DNA from: Takakia lepidozioides
Lineage: Eukaryota; Plantae; Bryophyta
DNA length: 64,000 bases
Assembly (NCBI GenBank): GCA_030704615.1
Contig: CM060732.1
Location: 51,026,001 to 51,090,000, forward strand
Direction: 5' to 3'
Both the position numbers and the translations under genes were made by a program. Of the stretch, positions 12,400 through 26,000 are shown one piece after another (position 1 is the stretch's first letter; the number at the start of each line of letters is the position of its first letter). A model generated the notes under the pieces. It did no database searches. It was not told the DNA's origin and saw only the letters and a list, made by a program, of their open reading frames with translations.

Positions 12400-15300
12400 C
12401 GGTTGACACTCGGGTGATAGAGTCCCTCCTGAGCCCAAAGGTGTAGCATGAATGACATCATTGTCTTGGATCCAAGTAGTCAATGAATAGGCAATACTCT
12501 ACCGCATGTGAGGCTGTGGGTATCGTCGCAACAGAGAAGAGCCATTGTCCTGTTTTGCAAAGCTCTTTTTTTGCCACCTTCCATCAAAATGCAGAAATTT
12601 TTACAGGTCTGCAAACTGAGGCCTACTTGCAATTCCAATCTTTTCTGTTGAGATTATGTCATTCCCATTTTGCATAGTGATCAGAGATTTGTAGACTTGT
12701 TTGGTTGTTAGGTGAAGAATGGTACTGATCTCTTTTGTTAAAGCGTCCATTCCCATTTAGAGAGTGCCAAAGGCCTGAATGTTTGCATGACTAGTCTATC
12801 CTCATGGTCAATGGGGCAGCTATTGGTCAGCTTTCTAACCCTGCGTATATAGTGCTCAACTTATTTGGGCTCACACTGGGATATTGCTCTAGATGTTTGA
12901 GAAGACCAGAAAACAACTCTAATGTGGCAGGTCCCATAGGTTTTAATTGTGAGTGGCTCAAAAGGAGATGAGGGAGAGTCCGAATGTGCAAAGGGACACT
13001 GAGAAGCTGTATCAAGTGTTATACAGGTTTGCCTCACGTAGAAAACGTCTCAGGCTTCTCGTCTGTAGGCAATCCCCTCCCTTGTCCCTGTCGAATGGGT
13101 TGGTCATCTTGTTCCAAGAGGGTGTCCCCGGTCCTTGGGATATTACTGATAACAATTGGGGTAAGAGGGGGCACGAACTAGCTCGTCTTCATTCTTGAAG
13201 TTAGTCAGACGTTTGGAAACCAATCCGGAAACCATCTGTTTGTGATTTGTATCATTCATGTCCTTTCCCATGCCGCCCATCAGCTAGTTTGTTCTCTCTG
13301 CATGGGTGAGGAGCACATCCACAAAAGTTTCCGGTTCTTTCTTATTCAGCAGATGCCTCAGGCGTCCCAAATCGTGTTCCAAAGGGGAGAGCCCATAGAT
13401 TCGTGTTTGAATCCTTGATAAATCCATGGTCGATTTGAGGGGAAAGCTGCCCTTCAGTCTATTGATCACCAAATGTCTCCACCCTCTGGCCTAGGTAGCG
13501 ATGGATCCATGGCTAAAATTGCTACTCTTGAGTTTCTGGGTCAAGGACCTCGAATTTCTTAGGTTGACAGATTTGAGCCCATGAAACCACAGATCTTTTG
13601 ATTTGATGCTCATTAAATTTTGAATGAGTGTTTCGACTTGCCCAAAATTCAGGCCCAGGTAGATGCCAAATACTATGCTGGCCATAAGAACCTGGTTTGC
13701 CACTAGGGCTGTACCAGTGATGGATATGTTCTTAGATCCACAATGTACAAATTTATTTTTAAGCTTGGTGATGACACAGCTGAATCTTTGGCCATCTGAG
13801 AGGCCAATTTTGAATGTGTGACTGAGGAGAGTAGTGGGAATCCCCTCAAGAGCCAGCTAACTCCCTTACTACTCAAGATCAGATTGACTCCAAGGGCGGT
13901 TTGTTTGTGATGACCACCTACCGCTACTGGTTTTGCCAATTGACTGGAAAAACCCTTAGGCCTGACAGAATATCAATGTTAAGTGTTTACTTGCAGGATT
14001 AGGACAGTATTGTCCACAAATATGGAGTCTTCGATGTTGAAATGAGAGGGTAAGAGTGGTTGGCAACCAAGGGCCATCCCCGGCTCAGTGACCTTTGCAA
14101 TGGCAAGGCCTACTGATTTAATGATTGAAGCTCAGCTACTGGCTCCTTGAAGCAGGATTGTGACCCAATTGCAAATTCCAACAATTTGTACCCTTTAGTA
14201 GTGGCCATTTCACTCTGTCAAAGACTTACTCAGATAGAGCAATTGCTTGCTTCTTGTCTCATAGATAGATAATTCCCAAGCCATGTCAAGGATGTTGCGC
14301 CAGCTTGGCTAGTTCCATCAGACATAAACAGGGGTTGCACTGAAATATCTCCCATGTCCAGGCTCCATGCTACTGCTTTGTTTTCATCGAGGGGCACCAC
14401 TCCTAGTCACAACACAACCTGCACAATTAGCAAAGTGACAAAGGCTACTCTGCAGTGGGTCATAATCTCTACGGCACACTTGCACAATTAGCAACATAAC
14501 TGAGGCTACTGTGCAGGGCAAACAAGTGAGTTCTGTCTATAATAGCCTGTTACTATACTGTGACTAAGCCAAAGATTAGTCACACAGTCATTGCCTTTTC
14601 CTTCTGGACCTGCATCCACACCATTAAATGATGGTTGAGAAGAGAAGTTTTGCTCTTACTAAAAGCTCTAGGTTGCATCTCTGTGCTTAGAAACAACCAT
14701 GGCATGCTTTAGAGCTACTCATACCTTGCCTCCCTCCCCTTGACTAAGATTCCGTCAACACGTGAATTAGATAGCCATGTGATAGGCGGCTCCTTCACCA
14801 TGGTCCAAAACTGCATGGTTCAAAGGAAGAGCAGGGTCTATCACCAGTCCAGAGATCCAGAGTTCATCAACTCTTTGTCTCCCTCCCCAGCTTTCTTCCT
14901 TCCATGTTCTGATTCGCAAAGGACGTATCACCAAACTGGACTAATGAACAACTCCTTACTAATCTTCATCTTGGAACAACAAAGGGGGGAGAGTGACACA
15001 ACAACAGAGTACTTTGTTGATGTCTGAGAAACTAAGGAGTTGGGGCACCTGGGAGGGAAGGTGATGAACATCTCTGCTCCAAAGCAGAGCTCCTCCCTGT
15101 CAATCATGAAATGAAAGAAATAGGTACCTCACGTTGGCAGAGTATGGGCTATCAAGGCCTCTCTGAGATACTTCAATGGATTTTAAGGGTACTTCCAGTT
15201 CAACTCATTACGTGCTCACAGAAAGTTTCAATGTGGGGAGGAGATTGGTCCCAGAAGTGAATCTGTGGGAATCTAAGGGCGGGCTGCAAAATAGAGAGGG

Positions 15301-15400
15301 AGAAGGTTTGACAATCGAACCTCACTTGCAATTGACTCTGAAGCAAAATGAACATCTGAATTCCGTTGATGATAACAACTTGTAGCTTCCAGTGTCAGCT
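12400..15400 (-). mobile_element. Degenerate L1-type LINE ORF2 (RT plus C-terminal zinc finger)
   Basis: Motif remnants in correct order on minus: NSGSLDW (KSPGPDG-like, ~14850), GDIS..PLF (~14330), SIFVDNTVL (FADD-like, ~14010), GIYLG (~13650), CPF...LPHLLLSH (zf-RVT, ~12970). Many stops. Boundaries approximate. Confidence 0.55.
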
Positions 15401-15449
15401 TCCAAAGTAGTTATATATATCAGAAACTCTGCGGACTGACTCGCAAGAC

Positions 15450-16600
15450 TTGGAATGAAGTCAGGCCCAATGAGATCTCTAACTGTATGACACTCACTAA
15501 TTCCATATCAACACAAGTCATATCAACCTATGGCCCTCCAATATGTCAGTCACCTCCACTTCAAAATCCCACTTCATTAGCAAGTCAGCTATGTACTTCA
15601 TGTTACCTGTACATGTTCGTTATGACATAATGTGTAAGAGCATAGTGACTTCCATATATTCATTTCAATGCATCACAAATTTGAGACCTCACACAAGGGT
15701 TACACATAGCTGTGTAGTTTGTGACATGTGAGGGTCTTCAGTCAATGAATTGAAGAAGGCGGAAATGTGCCAGCACATTTTCATCGGTTTTTCAGATGAC
15801 CTCACTAATTTGGGCTGGGTCATTCTGGTCTACATGTCCTTAAATCCAACTGGTTTACATCGTCCTACAATACAGATCACTGCCAACTTTGCTGTAGGCA
15901 TCCCCTGAAGACAGAAGAAGAACCCACTCATGTCGCCCAAACAGTTGTAAAGGATAATAGTGGTAATGTTTTCAAAAGCCTCCCAGCTTCACATCGTCCA
16001 CTCTTGTGACGTTCCTAATGTCATTCCCTTGAAGGCCACATTGGTCAGATGACTTGTATTTCAACCACTTGAAGCAAGGATGGATCCACCAATACAGATG
16101 CCAGTGTCGAGTAGTTTTGAGCGTTTCAGATGTGCACCTCAAGTAGACAGTTCAAGAGAGTTAGTTGCCGATTCTGCAATTCTCCCCACGTCGGACAATC
16201 CATTCTGACTTCGTCAACCCCACATTATGTTTTTGAACATTCGGGCTCTGAATCAATTCATAGATGCAAAGAGGCCCACAAGTGAGAAGGAAGCTGGATG
16301 GAGAACCTTGAATAGCGGTGGCCAAATGAGGTGGATGGTCTTGACCCATCCAAGCTTCCAATCAAACTGTTGGAAACGATCAAGCATGCAGGCATCTTGT
16401 AAACACATATCAATGCTCATTCCAATCTTGCTTTAGAGACAATCACAGGATACGATCAAACAGATAACCTTCCAGCCATTTCCTACGCACCCCTTTCTGC
16501 TGATGCGGTGGGTGCAATTCTGCGCCTTTCCACTGCACCAGTCCCAAATTAGCTACAACCGCAAACTGCTTGGATGCCAGGAGGAAAATATCACATCTCA
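15450..16600 (-). mobile_element. Degenerate copia-like pol remnant
   Basis: Weak integrase-like (LLTCGPL) and RT-like (ALK*IYG; DFEV..TD) fragments. Confidence 0.3.
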
Positions 16601-16666
16601 TCTCACGTCTGCAACTCTTCGAATAGGAAACAAGTAAATGGATTGGACTCGATTGGATCGAGTACT

Positions 16667-16975
16667 TGTTGAGAAATTCAACATTTAATACTTCAATAAC
16701 CCTTCAAGGAGTGACAATTAACTAGAGAAATACGAGGCCAAGAGACGACTGAGGATGTCCTGGATCTACAGGAATGTATGGGAGAGAGAGATTCTTCGTA
16801 AGAGAGAGAGGCACTGAGAAAAACTCAGAGTGCGACTCAGACATATAGAGAACCGTCTGCTCTGAGAGATTGCATCGGGCGACTGAGAGCAGCTGAGATG
16901 ATACCTAGGCAGTAATTAAAACCGTACAAATACTTGGTTTTATGTTTCATTGAAGTGAACCATTGACTCTCAACA
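16667..16975. mobile_element. LTR-like segment
   Basis: Bounded by inverted TGTTGAGA...TCTCAACA with a GA-rich interior. No matching TSD or clear PBS found. Confidence 0.4.
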
Positions 16976-17279
16976 TGAGTTACCAACTTGAATGGCAGTC
17001 AAATCCCTCAACTCACTATATATAACAATGTATTGTGCTGTTTTAGATAGAGTGAATGTAACGAAACTTATGTTGTCTAGAAATGCTTGACATCTCACAT
17101 TTCACTCTTTGACCCCGAAGCCACCCGATGACCCGAATGACGCAGACGACATGTATTGTCCGAGGAGTAGGACCTGGAGATCTTGGATTGATCTGCAAAG
17201 AGCAGCTACATACAGCTCTTTAAACACCTGAAGCAGAACAGTATGAAGTGGACGATGCCAAGGCCTGGGAACTCGTTGC

Positions 17280-17382
17280 TTGATTGCTTTACTCTGCCCT
17301 TGATTTGTGTTGGAAATTCTGACATTTGTGGTTGATTGCTTTACTCTACCCTTGATTTGTGTTGGAAATTCTGACATTTGTG
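17280..17382. repeat. Tandem duplication, 52-bp unit x2
   Basis: TTGATTGCTTTACTCT(G/A)CCCTTGATTTGTGTTGGAAATTCTGACATTTGTG repeated with one mismatch. Confidence 0.9.
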
Positions 17383-18146
17383 AATAGCTAGCTTTTCACA
17401 CGCACAGAATGACCTTAGCAGCATGATCGCAGTTCACAACACCAAGGCAAGAAAGCAAGGCATATTCTACTTACAGACTTTCCTACAAATCCATATCATA
17501 TCAGATCCAAAGAGTATTCTTCAGTATGTACAGATTAATTCCCTCCACCAGTGAAGAGGATATATGATTACACTTCCTTGAAAATACATCAAGAAACAAC
17601 TTAGAAAGCCCAAGACTAAAGTAGGTAGTTGGACAATGTACAGAAAAAATGAGAACAGAAATCAACTACAGCCTGCGAAGATGGAAAAGGATGGCAGAGC
17701 GCACAATATTCTCCTTCATGAGGACAACGAATGTCTACATTCCGCACAGGACGCAAAAATATACTGCAGACACATACTCTGTACTATCACGTCCCATGCA
17801 ATGTCATTGAGAGCATTGAGAGCACCTGCTGGATAAGCTACGGTCCTTTTCCAAGATCAAAACCCACATCTTCACCTTTTCTCCATGTCTCCCATGAACA
17901 AATCTTGACCTTTCACAGCTTCATTGCTTTTCTCAAGTCTTTGATGTTGCCCTGTCACAGCCACCATAAGGACAAAATGCATTGATAAGGAGAAACCATT
18001 GAAGAAAATTGAGATTCCCTAGCAACTTTGTAGTCTACCGAACTCTTCATAAATAGCATACTGAATCAGGCCAGCAGATGCAGTGTCTAGGTTACCAGAA
18101 ACTCCTAGATCCACCAGACACCCACTACCTTCAGACTTCAAGTGGC

Positions 18147-19708
18147 TTAGTCAATGCCAAAGAAGTGATGGTGATGATGCTTCCTCCCATGACGTTCGCC
18201 ATCTTCTTCATCCTCTGCGTTATGCTTCCCATGACGCTCATACAGACCAAAGCCCAGCGCAGCCGCTGCAGCAGCTTCGGCTTCGTGCTTGTGCTTCCGC
18301 TCGTGCTCAAGTTCCCGCTCAAGTCTGCGCACCTCTTCCTGTCAAACCCAGTCCGGCAGCAACATACTCTTCGATGGTGAGTTTACTTGTCCATGAGGGA
18401 GGACAGACAGGAGAATCAACCAAAGGCAGATCCTGGACTATGGCAGTGCAAAATCGTACTCGCTTAGTTGCATGAATACTCTTGTCTTCAGTTGAAATTT
18501 GAAAGATGTCCTAAAGCAGATCAGTCAGAATAGGCTCCTGACAAACTGTAATACGTAAACTGAACTATGAAAAACATGCTGCAACTGAAAGACTCCATGG
18601 GTATCGCTTCCTCTACTTCAGCGGCTGAAGAGACCAGTCGAGACTCAAGAAAGCTATACTTGCTAAGAAGAGGCGCTGTTACTATTACATATATCTTAGC
18701 AAGGTAGTGACTAGTGGCTCTTGTGGCTCTTGACAGGCTTAAGTCCATATCCTTCACATGGAATACAGAACAAACGACTTTCACAACATATACCACCATC
18801 AGGACGACAAGACTAGACACCTTTCACGGCCTTTCATCTTCACCCAGCATTGAAAAGAAAAGAGAAAAGTCTCCTTGTCGGCACAAGGAGGGATTAGGAC
18901 TTAAACTGATTGACTGAGAACAGTATACCATCTCGAACTCCAAACGTGTTCTCTGAAAAAGGCCAAACGTTGCCCACAGCCGACACTGGCATGCGAGTTG
19001 TGTAGAAACTCACAAGACACATAACAGCATTTGTCACCTTCACGTTAGTCTCGCTACAGACACAACCAGCACAACATTGACAGGCATAAACGCAGGCACG
19101 AGAATGCTCACACTCTCGCCGCCGCTGTAACCAGCTCCGTAAGGTACAGCCGCCTCAGACCGCCCATAACCAGCTCTGTAGTCAGATGATCGAACGATGT
19201 CGGAATCTCTGACGCCCCTACCAAGGTCAGAGCTCTCCTCCTCGCTGACAATTACTGGTGGCACCACCACTGGGCGTTCATACACCACCCGAGGTCCATA
19301 TCCTTCGCGGCCAAAGCCTTCACGAAACTCCTCGCGACCCAACTCTTCGCGACCATATCCTTCACGATACCCCTCGCGACCATATCCTTCGCGGCCATAC
19401 CCCTCACGACCATATCCTTCCCGGCCATACCCCTCACGACCATGACCATACCCCTCACGACCATGACCATACCCCTCGCGACCATACCCCTCGCGCCCAT
19501 ATCCCTCACCGCCATATATCACCTCTGGCCTGCGGTAGGGAAGCTCATTATCTGCATACAGGCCCTGATCAGGGTCTGAGAATGTCACTGGGACAGGGAT
19601 TCCATAGTCATCAGTAACCAAATCATCTCGCCTGTACCCAATTGGTCGACCCTGAAGAGGATAGTCAGGGTCCACAGCGTACTCGGGCTCTCTGCGGTGA
19701 TGAAACAT
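18147..19708 (-). CDS. ABA/WDS (ASR)-like stress protein with N-terminal Gly/Tyr/Arg/Glu repeat region
   Basis: Exons 19708-19112, probable 24-nt micro-exon 18952-18929 (RTRLEFEM), and 18338-18147, all phase 0 GT-AG. The C-terminus HEAEAAAAAALGFGLYERHGKHNAEDEEDGERHGRKHHHHHFFG resembles the ABA_WDS C-terminal motif. Confidence 0.8.
19290..19515 (-). repeat. Coding tandem repeat, 15-bp (GYGRE) and 21-bp (GYGHGRE) units
   Basis: About 13 units seen directly in the DNA and in the translation. Confidence 0.95.
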
Positions 19709-20030
19709 GGTGACAAAGCTTCAGACAACCTCCTCACAGACTGCAGCTAGCTAGCTAGGAGAAACAAAGCAAAGCAGAGGGAAGCTCCCAGCTGAACTTC
19801 AGCTTTCACAACCAACCCATGCAGCTCAAAGCGCCATCAGACAGTGCCAAGAGACAGAGACAACAGGGAGAGAGGAGCGGAGAGCCTGCAGACACGAAAT
19901 CGGTGAAGGAGCAATGCAAACTTGTCTAAGCAGTGGAGGAATTTGTAGTGCAAGCCACCAAAGTCAGCAGAAGGCTGCAGTCCTCACACACTGTGTGAGC
20001 TGAGGAAGGTGGAGCATCTCTGAATATCCG

Positions 20031-20039
20031 GCCACGTGC
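20031..20039 (-). promoter_or_regulatory. ABRE/G-box upstream of the ASR-like gene
   Basis: GCCACGTGC (ACGTGGC on minus) lies about 320 bp upstream of the ATG at 19708, consistent with an ABA-responsive gene. Confidence 0.5.
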
Positions 20040-20220
20040 AGAATAGGGACAGGAGGTCAAATGGGAGAGATTGATCAGAAGCTGTGGCAGAGCTGCCTAT
20101 TTACACATGTAACACATGTGGGTAAATGTGAAAATCAACACTTAATACAAAAGGTACATACTTACGTGTGTGTGTTTTTGCAAGTGGGTAAAAATTTCTT
20201 GACCCAGTCCTGCACAACAC

Positions 20221-20260
20221 CCTGCATAGCTTTATAAAAAGACCCGAGTGGGGTGACTGT
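20221..20260 (+). repeat. Dispersed ~40-bp repeat, copy 3
   Basis: CCTGCATAGCTTTATAAAAAGACCCGAGTGGGGTGACTGT matches 5032-5073 (inverted) and 5430-5455. Confidence 0.85.
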
Positions 20261-20544
20261 CCTGCCCTCCTCTGATCTCCTCAGAGCACCACACTCCCTG
20301 GCCACTCCCTGCAAGCCCACATGGCCCCCCACACAAAACAAGAAGATCCCTCTCTTTCCTCCTGAGCCATGCCAGGCTTTTTCAGGGACGACCACCACCA
20401 CTAACTTTTCAACTCAGTCTTCAGTAGCTCTGTCCAACTATTGGACGAGAAGAAGAATTCTTCCACTGGAGGAAGAATGAACAATAGTCTCCTCATCACA
20501 AAGGACAACCTACTCTACCCTCCCTTCCCTCCCTTGGAAGGGTA

Positions 20545-20606
20545 AGGAACTTTGAACCCTAAATCACCTGGGTTATGCCACAAACGGCCAACCACTCGGC
20601 TACCTG
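20545..20606 (-). repeat. tRNA-derived (SINE-like) head
   Basis: Minus strand has A-box-like TAGCCGAGTGG and B-box-like GGTTCAAAG. It shares CCCAGGTGATT with the 21407 copy. Confidence 0.45.
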
Positions 20607-21406
20607 CTCTAGTGCAACCATTGGACGATTTTTTAACTATTTAAGTTGTCTGTTTATAGTTTGTGGGTTAGGTGGAAATGTGGAGGTACCGTACAATTAC
20701 TACCGTATGCACCCCATCGATAGCCGAGCCATACATACATAATAATGCAGTAAACAAGTATTATCTTTTAACTAAACATATCCGCAAAATAAGGTCGGTG
20801 GGTCTATCCGAGCTTCAGTGGGGACAGCTCACCAAACCCTAATTACTTAGCACCTGATTAAGCCACGTTAGGGTACATGTGTCCTTAAGCTTTTACTAAT
20901 TGGGTCATACATATATGCTCACCGTAAGCCTAGTTAGCAGTGGCCCTAAATGAGCCCAAACAGAAAAGCAAGTGGGCCGTCCTTATCTCTGGTGTCAGAG
21001 GCATGAGATTTTCATGCAGAGATGGCCCCACTGCTCCGATGCCTTTGGCCCGACCTTCAAAACTTATATATCCCATATCGTTTGTCCAGGTTTGCTGGTG
21101 GGGCTGCCCTATTCATTCATGTGTTGAAGTATCAATCTCTGCACCTGAACCTGTCCCACAAAATTTCCTCCGTTTGTGGGTTTCCATTACCTAGCGATTC
21201 TTATTATACCACAAGTATATGAATTGGATGGTTATTCAGTAAACTGAAATGACATCGACTTTTCCTACGTGTGCTTGTTTTTTTAAGGGAAATACCATGG
21301 GCCCCTCGTAAATCACGCCCTTAATTATAGTGAAAGGACTTTCAAAGTAACCTTACCATGAGGAACAAGGCTCATTGGAAACCGCCACATTAGCACACCC
21401 CATAAA

Positions 21407-21472
21407 GTAGCAGGATTTGAACCCAGAATCACCTGGGTGGCTGTCAGTGCTCTATCGACGTGAGCTACCGAC
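21407..21472 (-). repeat. tRNA-derived (SINE-like) head or tRNA pseudogene
   Basis: Minus strand GGTAGCTCACGTCGATAGAGCAC...GGGTTCAAATCC has Pol III A/B boxes, but the anticodon and acceptor stems are poor. Confidence 0.55.
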
Positions 21473-21756
21473 AGATGGTGGCGTGTTGGGAGAAGGGAGT
21501 TATATTAAGTCAGAGGAGGCATCCACTTGAGTTGACTTGACAGGAGTAGTTAAATAGAGTGTTGAAATCTTTCTCTCTGTTTTCTATTCTTTTTTCTTTT
21601 TTTTTCTTTGTGTTTTAGCCGGCATTATTTCCTGGAACGTCTCCCTGCCAGCACGCGCCAGACTCAGAGCGTGGAACCACATGTTTCATTCTCGTCGCAG
21701 AGCGGAACGTTGCCCGGAGCAAAGTCGGGGAGCAAATTTTGAGCAGGTTTCTATGT

Positions 21757-21852
21757 GGAGGGGGAAAGTTCCTGCCCCACAACTTTCCGCTGTGGGGCCC
21801 TAGGGCAAATCCGCCACCAGTGGGGAGTCCACGGGCAGGAACTTTCCGCTCC
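21757..21852. repeat. Inverted repeat (~20-bp arms) in a GC-rich transposon-like segment
   Basis: GGAGGGGGAAAGTTCCTGCCC pairs with GGGCAGGAACTTTCCGCTCC. Confidence 0.7.
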
Positions 21853-23017
21853 GTAAAATTCGGCGACCAGCTGGCTCCACATCAACCCTAGATGCTATCT
21901 CATTCAAGGGACAAGATTGTGTTCCACAAATCTCCCTATGGCAACATGGTTCCAGAGTTGGAACCACCCGTTCCAGGCTCCCACACCGAATGGGACCGGT
22001 GGTTCCAATGGGGCAGAAAGGGTGGTGTGCAGTGGGCGGTACTGGCGGGGCCCATAGGCGCATTGAAGACGCTGTTATCGTGAAACGAGCGCAGGTGGAA
22101 TGCCGCATTAAGAAGATAATAAGCAATATTTAATTGATAATTGTTAATATTATAATATCATAAATGACAACATTTTGCGAGGGGGTCATAAGGATCACTC
22201 AAACATATCACTTTTTTGAGTTTGTGGAGGATATCATTGGCGGAAGAATAATATAAATAAATAAAACTGAAATAAAAAATAGTTTCATTGGTGACTTCGT
22301 GTCTAAAATTTTTTTGGATGTTTTTCTCATGCAAAGAAGTCAGTGTAGTAGTACCATGAGCACGAATTTCAATAGTTTCACAATTCTTAGTATGAGCATA
22401 TTTTCCTTGGTCATAACATATTCTTTGAAGACTCCCGGAAATATGTAGTTTTTTTTTTTTTTTTTGTGGCTCACATGAGCATGCTCACACCCCAACCTCG
22501 CCGCAAGGCTCTTGCTTTTGGCCACACCTTTAATAGCGGAAGTCACTCGCTCGGCAACGACTTTCGGCTATACTATATAGCACGTGTAGAGCTAAATGTT
22601 CCCCAACATGTGGGAGTGATGTCATGCTTGTTCTTCCTTTTGAGGATTAAAGCGATTTAGGGATAACACATTAATAGTTTATAAATTTTTAATAAAATCG
22701 AATCTACTATAGAGGAACACGATAAGATTATATGTCTAACATCCATTCCATTTCACCTTGTAGTAAAATAGATAAATGTGGACTCTTTCTGGTGTCCCTT
22801 GACATGAAAGGGCTTTTGCTTTTCAATGGGAAGGTGGACAACTTTATGATATCCAAAACACATATGCGGTTTTGAAACCACAACCATGAAAGAAATGGTG
22901 TTATGCCCTATCACAGGGCTATCTATTGGATGTCCACATTACATTTTTTTTCCCAAAGATAGTCTCCCATTTTCTTCTTTGCAGTAGCATCCCTATGGCT
23001 TACCTGACAACCAACAT

Positions 23018-23076
23018 TTAGCCTAGTGGTAAAACACAAGCCACCTCACTAGTGGTTGTAGGTTCAAACCACATGT
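23018..23076 (+). repeat. tRNA-derived (SINE-like) head
   Basis: TAGCCTAGTGGTAAAAC...GTAGGTTCAAACCAC shows an A/B box pattern. Confidence 0.45.
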
Positions 23077-26000
23077 TGGATGTCATAAAGGTATCTGCCT
23101 TCCCACCGGAATGTAGTAGTTCTTCATAATCAACTCATGACATCATAAGTTAGGGTTGATTTGGCAACATGCTCACATTTTTCTTTTTGGTTTACACAAA
23201 TCTGAGGCTCCCCCACCAAAAAGCCAAACACTGGTTTTGATTCATGGCTTTCGATCTGGGACCTCTGATGCGCTTTTTGTGAACATCTGGTCCAAGCTTC
23301 TCCCAAAATTAGGATATTGAGGTATACATATAGCCAATTTTTTACAACTTAGGCGTTTTGCAACTTAAGTTTTAATTTAGTTGTGGTTGTTTTGGCTTGA
23401 ACATATGGCCTGGGTGGTAGCAAGAAGGATTACCAAAGTACGGGATGTTTGGACCACAATGATCTACAAAAACAGATCATAACCTTGGAATGACAACAAT
23501 CTCACCTCCACCTTGTCTTATAGCTAAACAAGTTTGTATTTCCAAAAACAAATCATGAATTAAAGGCTTCTCCCAAACCTTGCAATACATTTACTCACTT
23601 ATGAACCCTAAATGTTTGTGATATAGATAGAGACTAGTCGATTGCTCAAAGTGCCCATGGTTAGATGCCATGATATTTGTAGCCACTGTTTGTTGGTCAA
23701 TGAGGTATATTGCAATACTAATGGATACCTTAAACATAGAGTTGGCATAAAAAAGAACAGCATGCATAGATTTTGAAATTGAAATCGTCAAACCTACCTC
23801 AATTGGAATTTCATACGTAACAATATTTGTCTTAGGTGAACTTGTGGGGAATAGATTGAGAAATCCGCATAGAATAGTAACATATGAACTCAACCCTATA
23901 AGCTGAAAATTGATTTGCTACGACACTTTAGGTAGACTTGTGTTTTTAAACTTGGGCTTGAATTTTCAAAGGTGACAAGAAGCTATACATATTTAAATTT
24001 TTTCAGACATTAGCCCCTAAACAACCATGCGACGACCGTTTGATCGACACTGTAGCTCTCAGTGATGATGTCGGATGAAAACCATCCGAGAACCTAAATT
24101 GTAGCCCTCGAGATCTGTCCTGTGGGATTTATTGCGTATGCAAAATCCTAATTGTGAGCCGTCCAGAATATTTGGAGTGTGCGATAACGTAAACACATCT
24201 TCTGGCTACATCTATTTCCATCCCCATATTGCCCACTACGATCATATACCCACCCAGTGCGTGACACCTAGCCACACCTCATTAGCCAGTGTACCGATCT
24301 AGTCATCTATGGCCTCCCCAACGTATATGACCTTGAAAGGTTTTAGGCTTCCCACCTTCATGCTCCATTTCTCCTCTAACATAATATAACCTTGAAAGGA
24401 GTTAGGGGAGGAGGGGAGCGGGAGGTGGGAAGCTTGAAAAGGGGGAGTGGGGGAAGCGTGAAGGTGGGTTCGACAGGACAGGTGGTGAGGATTTGACAGC
24501 GGCGCCACGTGTCCCTCTTCCGACCACGCATGCGTGAGCACAATCCACAATAATAGGTACAACTTCATGTCTTCACACAGGAATAGGCTTCCTAATTACT
24601 CTTATTTTTGCATTTTTGTACTCTTTTTTTTTCCCATGATAAAACATGTGTATAACGGAGGTATAACACCAATATTATTTGACAGCCCAATTCATGCCCT
24701 TAGAGCACTCAACATTTTTGTAACGCCAAAGATAAGGTGATAGCTTCAGGCCCTGTTGAATTTTGCGGCGGGGCAATTCCAACTCGCGCACACCCTGGCT
24801 CCTGAATGGCCCATATCCCCCGCTCCGCGCCATTCCCAACCCCATTCCTGTACGTTCCCCTTTGGCGTTACCATGATGGTCGTCTCGGTGGCCACTGACG
24901 AGAAGCACCGACGTCCTCTGTGACATGGCCATGGTTACGTCTTTGATTCGGTTTCAGGGGCAAGTTTAGGTCAGTACTGTATACTGCTGAGGGTTCCAAA
25001 TGACATATAGTGCCCGCTCTTTATGGGATATAAAGTTAAGGGGCAAGGGTGTGGACGTTTACCGCCCCGTTCAAATATGTATCTCGCCCAATTCCGTTCG
25101 TGGGCTGGGTTCAATCTAGGGTGTGGATGCGCTTATAAGAGGTGATAATTTAACCTCATTTCATATAAGTCATGGAGGCATACAAAAAACTGAACCTCTA
25201 ACCCAAAGTTTAAAAATTGCTGATTTTTGTTCACCTTTCTCGACCAATTGCATTTGTTACCATGGTCCACTCAGCCGCGCGTTGAGGAATCGGTTCACAT
25301 TCTCTTGATTCATTAAAGATCAACATGGAGTCTCTTTAGGAATTGAGAAAAAAATGAACTGATGAACGGAGAAGTGAGTTGCCATACATTTGCATGAGTG
25401 GAGGTCCTCCAAATACCCCAATGATCCACATCATGTCTGGTGCCTATTTGCTGAACTACGAAGGCAGCGATGAGGTTATCACCAATTTGACTATTGACCC
25501 CACCCCATGCCATCAATATCTCCGCTTCAAAATCAAACGAACACATCACTTATGTCATGAATCTTTCATATCTTAGAGACACAAGCTAGTATTCACAACC
25601 TTCACATGAGTTGTGTTAATTCCCATCCCTAGACCATGACAGTACCAGTAGGGGACGGACCATGTAGCCAAGTATTATCACGATATTTGCATACTATTTC
25701 TTCTTCAAATTTTGAATGTCAGGTAGATGATCAAGTCATCTGCGGTTGTTTGAGCTTGTATTGCAAGCATACCCACGAATATATAGTTGTCTCCAATGTT
25801 GATTATAAAATCTCAATTCAAAAGGTCGATATGAAGATTTCTATTTCTTCTTGAAATATAAAAAATAAAATTCAAAAAATAATAAAATCTCTTATTCCTA
25901 CGTATAAAAAATGTGTTAGGAGAAGCTAAGTTTTTTGCACCTTGCCCGAAAGGGTCACCAAACTTTGACTCTTCTTGGAGTGAAATTTTTGCACTCCGGA

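Noticed and set aside
19197-19617. Plus-strand and alternate-frame repeat ORFs (PYPSR, DHILR, MVARG)
   Set aside because: These are shadow frames of the GYGRE coding repeat.
21407-21472. Functional tRNA gene
   Set aside because: The A/B boxes are present but the acceptor and anticodon stems do not pair convincingly.
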